Assembly: GCA_947175555.1 (NCBI GenBank)
Contig: CAMWNK010000002.1
Coordinates: 19,186 to 83,185 of the forward strand
Length of the DNA: 64,000 nt
Reading direction: 5' to 3'
Source: an uncultured Clostridia bacterium
Lineage (GTDB): Bacteria; Bacillota; Clostridia; Christensenellales; UBA3700
The position numbers and the translations under genes were made by a program. Below, in pieces: positions 56,384 through 64,000 of the stretch (within the stretch, counting starts at the first letter, position 1; every line of letters begins with the position of its first letter). The notes under the pieces are model-generated. The model had not been told where the DNA came from. It did not search any database and saw nothing but the letters and a program-made list of their open reading frames with translations.

Positions 56384-57412
56384 ATGCAACATTTATTATC
56401 CGCGGGCGATTTGCTCGATAAAGAGGGCAACCTCGCAGAGGCAGGATATGCCTATTCGCTCGTGCGCGTCTACGACCGCTCGGCAATCAAAGCATCCAAG
56501 CTCAGAATCAAAGAGTGGGACTACTATTACGTAACCGACGGCAAGGTATTCTTTTGCGTTACGGTAGCGGATATCGGCTATATTTCAATGGCAAGCGTAT
56601 CGATTGTAGACTGCGAGCGCAGAGTATTCAAGACTGCGTCTGCCATAGGTCTGCTCCCGCTGGGCAAACTCAAACTGCCGTCCACTTACGAGCGCGGCGA
56701 CGCGTCTATCAAGGTAGGTAAGCGCAACATACGTATCGTCAACGACGGAGAAAGCAGACGCATTATATGCGACTATCCCGCTTTCCACGACGGCAAGACG
56801 CTCAAGGCGGACATCACGCTTACCAAGCCGCTGAAAGAAAATATGGTTATTGCCACGCCCTTTGACAAGCGCGGCAGATTTTATTACAACGCCAAGCTAA
56901 ACTGTATGAGCGCGCAAGGCAGCTTCACCTACGGGGATAACACTTACTCCTTTTCTCCGGACACGTCCGTAGCGGGGCTTGACTGGGGACGCGGCGTATG
57001 GACTTACAGCAATACTTGGTACTGGAGCTCTTTAAGTTGCATTATCGACGGCGAACGGGTGGGATTTAATTTGGGCTACGGCTTCGGCAATACTTCCGCC
57101 GCGAGTGAAAACATGCTTTTTGTAGGCGATAAGGCGCACAAGCTGGGCAGAGTGGACTTCGGAATATCGGGCGATGCGGAAGGCAAGCCCGACTTCCTAT
57201 CTCCGTGGCACTTTACCGATGACGAGGGCAGGCTCGACCTTATTTTCAAGCCCGACGTAGACCGACGCGACAGAGTGAGCCTGGGCATTATCACCACCGA
57301 CCAGCATCAGGTATTCGGCAGATTTTACGGCACGGCGGTCTGCGACGACGGCTCGACTATAACTTTCGACGGTCAGCGCGGCTTTGCGGAAAAGGTGTTC
57401 AACGCCTGGTAA
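56384..57412 (+). CDS. DUF2804-family protein
   Basis: 342 aa from ATG 56384 (AAGGAGGAAG RBS). KEWDYYYV motif near the N-terminus. Family assignment is from memory. Confidence 0.5.
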   Translation: MQHLLSAGDLLDKEGNLAEAGYAYSLVRVYDRSAIKASKLRIKEWDYYYVTDGKVFFCVTVADIGYISMASVSIVDCERRVFKTASAIGLLPLGKLKLPSTYERGDASIKVGKRNIRIVNDGESRRIICDYPAFHDGKTLKADITLTKPLKENMVIATPFDKRGRFYYNAKLNCMSAQGSFTYGDNTYSFSPDTSVAGLDWGRGVWTYSNTWYWSSLSCIIDGERVGFNLGYGFGNTSAASENMLFVGDKAHKLGRVDFGISGDAEGKPDFLSPWHFTDDEGRLDLIFKPDVDRRDRVSLGIITTDQHQVFGRFYGTAVCDDGSTITFDGQRGFAEKVFNAW

Positions 57413-57536
57413 CTTGTATGCTCGATAGAGCGTAGGCGCGATAGATTGCGCGGTTGCGCCGCACTTTATATATCAGGCAGTGCGCGCCAACGGTATGCTC
57501 CTGCATGTTTGGCGTTTTATCAGCGCGCGCTATGAC

Positions 57537-57565
57537 TTGACAGTATAGACTTTTCACTATATAAG
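57537..57565 (+). promoter_or_regulatory. Sigma-A-type promoter upstream of ppa
   Basis: TTGACA (57537-57542), 17-nt spacer, TATAAG (57560-57565). Confidence 0.5.
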
Positions 57566-57665
57566 TTAGCGCGGAGTATCAGCTGTGCGCGCACGTTTAG
57601 ACAAGCGCGGCGCTTGCGCCTGCTGCGGCAATAGCATTGATTATCACATTTACGGAGGTAGCATT

Positions 57666-58211
57666 ATGAACGTATGGCACGACATCGCTCCCGAGCGCAT
57701 TACGCCCGAGAGGTTTATCGCATGTATAGAGATACCCAAGGGCTGTAAGAATAAGTACGAAGTAGATAAGGACACAGGCATGCTTATTCTCGACCGCATA
57801 CTGCATACTTCCACGCATTACCCCGCAGACTACGGCTTTATTCCCCGCACATACGCCGACGACGGCGATCCGCTCGACGTACTCGTGCTGTGTAGCGAGC
57901 AGATTGTACCGCTCGCCCTTGTGGAGTGCTGTCCCATTGGGCACATAGCCATGATTGACGAGGGCGCGGAGGACATCAAGGTGCTTGCCGTCCCGCTCAA
58001 AGATCCCAACATGAACTGTTATACCGACGCGTCGCAACTCCCGCCGCATATAGTCAGCGAAATCAAGCATTTCTTCGACGTTTACAAGCAGCTTGAGGGC
58101 AAGACTATGACTGTGCTCGAGCTGTACGGCAGAGCAGATACCTTGGACGTTATCGATAAGGCAATTTCCGCATACGGTAAGCGATTTGGCGGCAAGGCAC
58201 GCTACGTCTGA
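57666..58211 (+). CDS. ppa: Inorganic pyrophosphatase, family I
   Basis: MNVWHDIAPE...FIACIEIPKGCKNKYEVDKDTGMLILDRIL...YPADYGFIPRTYADDGDPLDVLVL. GGAGG RBS before ATG 57666. Confidence 0.9.
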   Translation: MNVWHDIAPERITPERFIACIEIPKGCKNKYEVDKDTGMLILDRILHTSTHYPADYGFIPRTYADDGDPLDVLVLCSEQIVPLALVECCPIGHIAMIDEGAEDIKVLAVPLKDPNMNCYTDASQLPPHIVSEIKHFFDVYKQLEGKTMTVLELYGRADTLDVIDKAISAYGKRFGGKARYV

Positions 58212-60234
58212 GCCCGCCGCCCGAAGAGGCAAAAGGTTCATCAACCTACGTTGTATACCCGTAGCCTTCGCGGGTATGCTTATCTGCATACCGCTGTGCT
58301 ACGCCATTCCTCTATACTGCGTAGCCCTGCTGCTCGGTATATTTTTACTCTCTCTGATTTTTATATGCGTGTTTCTGCGCGGAAAGAAATTCTTTAAGAT
58401 TGCGCTGTGCTTTCTTCTCGGCGCAAGTATCGCTTGCGGCAGCATTGCCGTCAATACTCTTATATCCGGCTCCCGCAATGTGGATATTCAAGACGCTTAT
58501 ATCGAGGGCAGGATAACCGACTCGTCTCTATGCGCGCCCGACGGTTCACTAATATCTTCCGACGCAGCAGCTATCTTGCTTGACAATATCTCGGCGGACG
58601 GAAATCGCGTTGCGGGAAAATGCGAGATTTATCTGCCCGAACGTTTGGTTCAAGGACTTAAAGTCGGCGATAAGATAGCCTTTAGAGGCGGTATACGTTC
58701 TGCCAAGTTTGACTTCTTCGATACATCTTCCGTACGCGCTACGCGCAACCGCATTTATCACCGCGCATACCTTATCGCAGATAACGAGTATCTTGGCATA
58801 CAAGAGACATTCTCGGCGCAAAGTAGCAAGGCTACTATCGCCGAAAAGCTGCGTTTGAGACTGCGCCTTGTGCTCGATAGCAACTGCAAGCAAGATACTG
58901 CCGACGTCCTCTACGCAATGACGTTCGGCGACTCCAAGTATCTCGGCAGCGGAATCAAGGCGAGCTTTCGCCTTACAGGCACCGCGCACCTGCTGGCGGT
59001 ATCGGGGCTACACGTGGGCGTGCTTTCCGCCGCCGTAATATTCCTACTGCGCAAACTTAAACTGCGCAGCCTATCGGTGCTGACAGTCAATACCGTACTG
59101 CTTGTTATCTACTGCTTTCTATGTTCGTTTACGCCGTCTGTAGTGCGAGCTACGATTATGATAACAATCGCGCTTATAGCCGAGGCTCTCGGACTAAGGC
59201 GAGACGCTCTTTCTTCTATCTCCCTTGCAGGAGTAATTTTGCTTGCCGCATGTCCTTTTGCTCTCGGCGAGGTGGGATTCCAGCTGAGCTTTGCCGCAGT
59301 GTACGGCATTATATTGTGCTCGGGCAAGCTAAAAGCCGCCTTTGCCAAGGCATTGCCCAAGTGTGTCGCTTCAACTCTTGCAATCTCCGTATCCGCAAGC
59401 GCGGGCACGCTGCCTTTTATGTTGGCATACTTCGGCTCGCTGTCGCTCTCGTCGCTGCTTGCCAATTTCCTTGTCGTCCCTTTAATTTCGCTTATATATC
59501 CTCTGTACCTTTTATTCGCCGCCGTATGCGTGATAATCCCCGCGGCAGGAATAATACTGCCGTATGTTTGCGTGCCGTTTGACGCGGTTATCTCCGTAAT
59601 ATCGGCTACAGCAAGTCTACCTCTGCTGTCTTTTACGGCGAGTATACCTATCGCTATATGTCCGCTGTATTTTGCAATGTTGCTTACTTTATCTCCATAC
59701 TTTCGCCGCGGATTACTCAAGCGCGCCGCCTGCGGCATGGTCTGCACGATAGCATCTATAGTATTGATTGTCGGATTGATATCATATAGACCGCTGACAA
59801 GCGGCTGCGACTCATGTCAATTAGGCGGGCAAGAATACGCAGTTATATCTTCTTCTCACGGCAATTATCTCATTGCAAGCTCAGGACTTGACGATGCGCA
59901 CATATCCGATTGCAGAGCCTTTCTAAGCAACCGCGGAATATCGCAAATAGACGGGATAATATTGTACGATTTGGTCTCTACGGACGCTTCAACAGTGCAA
60001 AATTATAGTAAAATATTGCACTGTGATAAAATTTACATTGCTAAAGGGTATACTTGCTATGATAATATATTATCAGACGTTATTGTCGGCGACTGCGTTT
60101 ATGAAGGCTTTTCGGTAATTTATCCCGCAGAGGGAGTCATTGCCGTAAGGTCGGGCGATGTAAGCGTCGTCGTTGCGGCTAAGGGCGCAATAATACCCTA
60201 TTGGCTCATCGGCTATGACACAATAACGCAATGA
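58186..60234 (+). CDS. comEC: ComEC/Rec2-family DNA internalisation channel protein with a degenerate C-terminal MBL-like domain
   Basis: 682 aa. Polytopic competence domain (FRLTGTAHLLAVSGLHVGVL ... GFQLSFAAV). Start uncertain: the ORF overlaps the ppa end, and a later ATG is possible. Confidence 0.8.
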   Translation: MAARHATSEPAARRGKRFINLRCIPVAFAGMLICIPLCYAIPLYCVALLLGIFLLSLIFICVFLRGKKFFKIALCFLLGASIACGSIAVNTLISGSRNVDIQDAYIEGRITDSSLCAPDGSLISSDAAAILLDNISADGNRVAGKCEIYLPERLVQGLKVGDKIAFRGGIRSAKFDFFDTSSVRATRNRIYHRAYLIADNEYLGIQETFSAQSSKATIAEKLRLRLRLVLDSNCKQDTADVLYAMTFGDSKYLGSGIKASFRLTGTAHLLAVSGLHVGVLSAAVIFLLRKLKLRSLSVLTVNTVLLVIYCFLCSFTPSVVRATIMITIALIAEALGLRRDALSSISLAGVILLAACPFALGEVGFQLSFAAVYGIILCSGKLKAAFAKALPKCVASTLAISVSASAGTLPFMLAYFGSLSLSSLLANFLVVPLISLIYPLYLLFAAVCVIIPAAGIILPYVCVPFDAVISVISATASLPLLSFTASIPIAICPLYFAMLLTLSPYFRRGLLKRAACGMVCTIASIVLIVGLISYRPLTSGCDSCQLGGQEYAVISSSHGNYLIASSGLDDAHISDCRAFLSNRGISQIDGIILYDLVSTDASTVQNYSKILHCDKIYIAKGYTCYDNILSDVIVGDCVYEGFSVIYPAEGVIAVRSGDVSVVVAAKGAIIPYWLIGYDTITQ

Positions 60235-60285
60235 TTGACACGTCTGTCGATTTTTTGACGACAACATTAAGGGAGGAGAAGTCGG

Positions 60286-61251
60286 TTGATAGAGGCATAT
60301 GAACTCAGCTCTGACAGCGTCGCGGCACCTGTAAGCCTGCTTACGGGCGACGATACGTACTGGATAGAGCACTCGCTCGGCGCGCTCACTTCCGATATAC
60401 CTGTAGCCGAAAGAGAATACCGTATACGCGTATTCGATCCCTGCGATAATATTTCCGAACTTATATCCTATCTCAACTGTTATTCTTTTACAGGCGACGG
60501 CAACGTGGCTATCGTGCGTGGTCGCAAGGCAAAAATCACCGCAGCGGACGCAAAACTGCTCACCTCATATTGCGCCGCCCCCGCAGAAGGCAACCGCCTT
60601 ATCATATGCGATACGGCAGGCGTATTCGGCTGCGTTACAGAGTATGCAGTTACCATATCGTGCGCGGCTGTGTCCGAGGCAAGAGTAATGCAAATTACTA
60701 AGGACGCCTTTAATGCGGCAGGGCTGACCGCGGACAACACGGCGGCAACGTTGCTTGTCAACTATTGCTCGAGCGACCTTGGACGCATATGCCGCGAGAT
60801 AGATAAGCTAAGCGCGTATTCGCCTGAAAATAATATCGTAGACAGCAAATTGATAGCTGCTATGGTCGCTCCCGACGCTCACGCCAAGGCTTATGAGCTC
60901 ACGGACGCGTTGTCATCGGGCAAGAGAGATGCCGCCGCGGATATATTGGCGCAGCTGACTGCGTCGGGCTCTGCGCCTGCATATCTGCTCCGCGTGCTCT
61001 CGGGCGCGTACCGCAATCTTTTGCACGTGCGCATCTCATCCTTGGACGACGCCGCGCTGGCGTCGGCTTTGGGTATAGGAGCGTACGCGGTGCGCAGGCT
61101 CAAGCGCGTCGCCTCGGGATATTCCGCAACGAGGCTCAAGTCCTTATCCGACATGCTCAACGACTTGGAATTTCACTTCAAGAGCGGAAAGCTCAGCGCG
61201 GAAAGCGCGCTCGACTTAGCGATAGGCAGGCTCATGGAGGCCACGGCATAA
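60286..61251 (+). CDS. holA: DNA polymerase III delta subunit
   Basis: 321 aa. TTG start with GGGAGGAG 7 nt upstream. Conserved comEC-holA synteny. The pattern YLLTGDDTYWIE ... LGRICREIDKL fits HolA. Confidence 0.7.
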   Translation: MIEAYELSSDSVAAPVSLLTGDDTYWIEHSLGALTSDIPVAEREYRIRVFDPCDNISELISYLNCYSFTGDGNVAIVRGRKAKITAADAKLLTSYCAAPAEGNRLIICDTAGVFGCVTEYAVTISCAAVSEARVMQITKDAFNAAGLTADNTAATLLVNYCSSDLGRICREIDKLSAYSPENNIVDSKLIAAMVAPDAHAKAYELTDALSSGKRDAAADILAQLTASGSAPAYLLRVLSGAYRNLLHVRISSLDDAALASALGIGAYAVRRLKRVASGYSATRLKSLSDMLNDLEFHFKSGKLSAESALDLAIGRLMEATA

Positions 61252-61254
61252 TAT

Positions 61255-61812
61255 ATGTATAACAATCGATTCATCCCCGTAAGTACCAGACTGAAACCCA
61301 CCGCTTCGCTGTGGGCGGGCAGAGTAATGCTCGTGCTCACTTTTGTATTCGGCAACATGTCGAGATTGCAGCAGACGTACGACTCGTTTTACTTGTCGGC
61401 TTTCGGCGCGCTCGGCTTTTCGGCAAAGGTTGCGCTCGGTTCTGTAATATTTTCGGGCATTGCCATAGGATTGATTATGTACGCGCTGTATTCGGCGGCG
61501 GCGCGATTTGCCTATATCGCCCTTCAGCGCAAACTGGTATTCGTGGGCGAGACGGGCATAGATTACAATACTTTCCGCACCTGCTACGACTGGCCCGTGA
61601 TAGTCGCGGGATTGCTCGGCGGAATATTCGAGTTGCTCAACGTATTTTATCCCGCCGTGCTCGTAGGCTCTTCTTACCTGCTGAGCGTGCTGTTTTCTTT
61701 AGCCGCAATTATGACTTCTCTTGCGCTTTTAGTACGCAAGACGGGCAAGGATAACGTCTGTTTCGTCATTGCCTCCGTTACGTTGCTCAACGTGATATTG
61801 ATGATACTGTGA
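61255..61812 (+). CDS. Hypothetical membrane protein (about 5 TM)
   Basis: 185 aa, hydrophobic, tightly linked to holA and the next gene. Confidence 0.45.
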   Translation: MYNNRFIPVSTRLKPTASLWAGRVMLVLTFVFGNMSRLQQTYDSFYLSAFGALGFSAKVALGSVIFSGIAIGLIMYALYSAAARFAYIALQRKLVFVGETGIDYNTFRTCYDWPVIVAGLLGGIFELLNVFYPAVLVGSSYLLSVLFSLAAIMTSLALLVRKTGKDNVCFVIASVTLLNVILMIL

Positions 61813-61820
61813 GGGGCGAT

Positions 61821-63281
61821 ATGCGTAAGAAGTCTTTGCTTTTACTTTTAGTCGTAGTTACTTCCGTATCCGTACTGGTAGGCGTATCGGCATGCTCCGG
61901 CGCGCGCAAGAATTTCGGAGTCGAAAAGTCCGATTATCCTATATCCGTCGTCTCGGATAATTCTGTATATACGTTGCTTGAAGAGGTCAGCTCGTATACG
62001 GACCGCTATTACGCGTCGGCAGGCTCGTACTCGGCGGCGAATTATCTTTCCGTCAAGCTGCAATCGTACGGGCTTGAGCCGCTCAAGGTCAACGGCTTTG
62101 ACATGAAATACGTCATGGCGCAACCTCTATCCGACGGCACGTCGGAGATTATAGGCGCGGACGCTTTCAAGGCAGATACCGACATCACTTCGCAACGGCA
62201 AAAGAGCGATTCTCTCAATCTCTACTTCCGCCGTCCCGCCGACACGGATAAGCCGCTCGGCACTGTTATCATCAGCGCGCATTACGACAACCTCTTCGGC
62301 TGCGAGATAGGCAGACACACCGTATCCGCCACAGGCGCGTACGACAATGCCGCGGCAGTAGCAGTATTGCTCGACACAGCAAGCAAAATGCGCGGCGCTA
62401 CGTGCGATTACGATATTATCTTCTCCCTTCTTTCGGCATCCACCGTGGTAGAAAACGGCAGCGTATATTACGGCTGGTACGGAGCGAGCAGAATGTATTC
62501 CACGCTCGAGCGTCTCGACATGGCGCAGGATATAAGCCTTGCAATCAACTTGTGGCGTCTCGGCGGAGGAAAAAACAATTATATGTACTCCTACGACAAG
62601 GCCACGTCGTACAACAACTTGTTCTACGAGGTTGCGCACGCCAATTCTCTCGACTTTACGGCAGTGCCCGAATATAAGCGCGCTTTTTCTGCCGACTACG
62701 CAGTTACCGTCAGCGGCAGACTGGGCACGCCTACGGGCTCGTTGCACATAGGCATGCTCAACGACTCGCTTGTGTCCATGAATAAAGGAGTTCCCACGCT
62801 CACTTATCTCTCACTCGACTGGAGCGACGTGAGCAACCCCGGGTATACCGAACACGCGGGCTTTTCCAACTGCGCTCTTACCGACGCGGACACTCTTGAA
62901 AACATGGTCTTGATTTCAGGCGGGGGAGAGATTGGCAAGCAAGCCGTTGCCGACAAGCTCAACGCCGTCTCCGCAAATATAATTTACACGCTTTGCGACA
63001 ATGCCGCATTGTTAAGCGACGCCTTAAATTCGGCTGATAAAGAGCTCGAGTCGCTATCGTCTGTTACGTCCGCGCTCTATTACACGGGGCTTGGAATAAT
63101 GATTGCGGCAATCGTAGGACTTATCGCCGCATACGTTGTCGTCAACCGCAAAAACGCGGCAAGGCTCGCATCGGCAGGGCGCAATACGCCTCCTCCGCCC
63201 AAGAGCGGCAATGTAGCGGGCGGCGGTTCTCCCTTTGAAGAATACGAGGACAACGGCAAAATTTTTGAAGATTTCGACTGA
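61821..63281 (+). CDS. Lipoprotein, M28-family metallopeptidase-like with a C-terminal TM anchor
   Basis: MRKKSLLLLLVVVTSVSVLVGVSAC (lipobox). ISAHYDNLFG ... TGAYDNAAAVAVLLD is an M28-like metal-ligand context. There is a TM segment near the C-terminus. GTG 61809 is an alternative start. Confidence 0.55.
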   Translation: MRKKSLLLLLVVVTSVSVLVGVSACSGARKNFGVEKSDYPISVVSDNSVYTLLEEVSSYTDRYYASAGSYSAANYLSVKLQSYGLEPLKVNGFDMKYVMAQPLSDGTSEIIGADAFKADTDITSQRQKSDSLNLYFRRPADTDKPLGTVIISAHYDNLFGCEIGRHTVSATGAYDNAAAVAVLLDTASKMRGATCDYDIIFSLLSASTVVENGSVYYGWYGASRMYSTLERLDMAQDISLAINLWRLGGGKNNYMYSYDKATSYNNLFYEVAHANSLDFTAVPEYKRAFSADYAVTVSGRLGTPTGSLHIGMLNDSLVSMNKGVPTLTYLSLDWSDVSNPGYTEHAGFSNCALTDADTLENMVLISGGGEIGKQAVADKLNAVSANIIYTLCDNAALLSDALNSADKELESLSSVTSALYYTGLGIMIAAIVGLIAAYVVVNRKNAARLASAGRNTPPPPKSGNVAGGGSPFEEYEDNGKIFEDFD

Positions 63282-63478
63282 CATAAGCGCGTCGGTCGCT
63301 ACCGCTTGCACGCTTATAAGCGCAATTTAAGTATAAAGTCGGCGTTATATGTCGGCTTTATGTAATTTATAGCGTAATTTACTTTATTTTTATTATAGTT
63401 TTAGGCTAAAATATTATATACAGATGTGCTCTAAGACATCTTATTGCATATAATATTTACGTCCGAGGTGAATGAATA

Positions 63479-64000
63479 ATGATTTTAGCGGCAGCCAATT
63501 CGGCGCACGAATATTTGCTCAATCTCAACTGGACCATGGCGATAGACATTCTCGTCTTGCTCGCCGTAGCGGTCTTGGTTTTGATATTTTTCAAGCGTCG
63601 CAACAGCATTAAGCTGGCTCTTATATTTTCGGCGTTCTTGCTGCTGTACTGCGTTGTATGGGTAATCAACGGTCTGTTCGGTTATCTGTACGTTACTAAG
63701 ATAATTTTGTCTGTTATAGGCATGTTCATGATAGGCTCGTTTATAGTGGTGTATCAGACAGACCTCAAGGTCAGCTTCAGCAAACTTGCTCATCTGGGCG
63801 AGCGCGGCGGCAAGAGCAGCGAGGTGGATACCACTTACGAGGAGATGAAGGCAGGCTCGGACGAAATAGTACGCGCGTGTCAGAACATGGCAAAAAATAA
63901 CGTCGGCGCGATAATCATCATCTGCAAGGACTCCGTACCCTCGCACATTCTCGAGACGGGCACCATGCTCAACGCGGGTATATCGTGCGGACTGCTCGAG
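63479..64000 (+). CDS. cdaA: Diadenylate cyclase CdaA (DisA_N), N-terminal part; continues past the window end
   Basis: My translation from ATG 63479 (GAGGTG RBS): MILAAANSAHEYLLNLNWTMAIDILVLLAVAVLVLIFFKRRNSIKLALIF... with 3 TM segments, then EIVRACQNMAKNNVGAIIIICKD. It is open to the window end. Confidence 0.8.
   Translation, partial: MILAAANSAHEYLLNLNWTMAIDILVLLAVAVLVLIFFKRRNSIKLALIFSAFLLLYCVVWVINGLFGYLYVTKIILSVIGMFMIGSFIVVYQTDLKVSFSKLAHLGERGGKSSEVDTTYEEMKAGSDEIVRACQNMAKNNVGAIIIICKDSVPSHILETGTMLNAGISCGLLE

Overview
64-kb chromosomal window, probably from a Bacillota (Clostridia-like) genome. That assignment is inferred from gene content, AGGAGG-type ribosome-binding sites and a one-piece tmRNA. 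From left to right: (1) 1-8.6 kb holds a Wzx/Wzy-type surface-polysaccharide locus on the minus strand, with flippase, SDR, IspD/TarI-like cytidylyltransferase, Wzy-like polymerase, two GT2 enzymes, LicD, a small phosphoglycosyl transferase and a DegT aminotransferase. (2) 8.8-18.6 kb holds housekeeping and metabolic genes, mostly on the minus strand: citrate synthase, CDF transporter, cysK, tcdA, a 2-hydroxyacid dehydrogenase, a SIS protein and a DtxR/MntR regulator. (3) 18,570-21,234 is a 2.7-kb AT-rich gap with no credible ORF. It sits where gene orientation switches from minus to plus, directly upstream of rpmH-rnpA-yidD-yidC-jag, and carries parS-like sites. (4) 24-37 kb holds radC, birA, tmRNA and an accessory-looking block that includes an Lsa-type ABC-F gene with a leader-peptide attenuator and a solitary SNF2 helicase. 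(5) 37.8-42.3 kb is a glycerol operon. (6) 42.6-47.7 kb is an inverted mnmE-mnmG-rsmG block with recF fused to its end. (7) 48-64 kb holds a GPH transporter, lipoprotein proteases, an NlpC/P60 hydrolase, ppa, comEC, holA, an M28 peptidase and the start of cdaA. The most interesting region is the 2.7-kb gap. It looks like a replication-origin neighbourhood, but it has no dnaA or dnaN, no perfect DnaA box, and is unusually long. No CRISPR array, integrase, transposase, reverse transcriptase or recognised multi-gene defence system was seen. All protein calls rest on reading motifs in the supplied translations; no database search was run.
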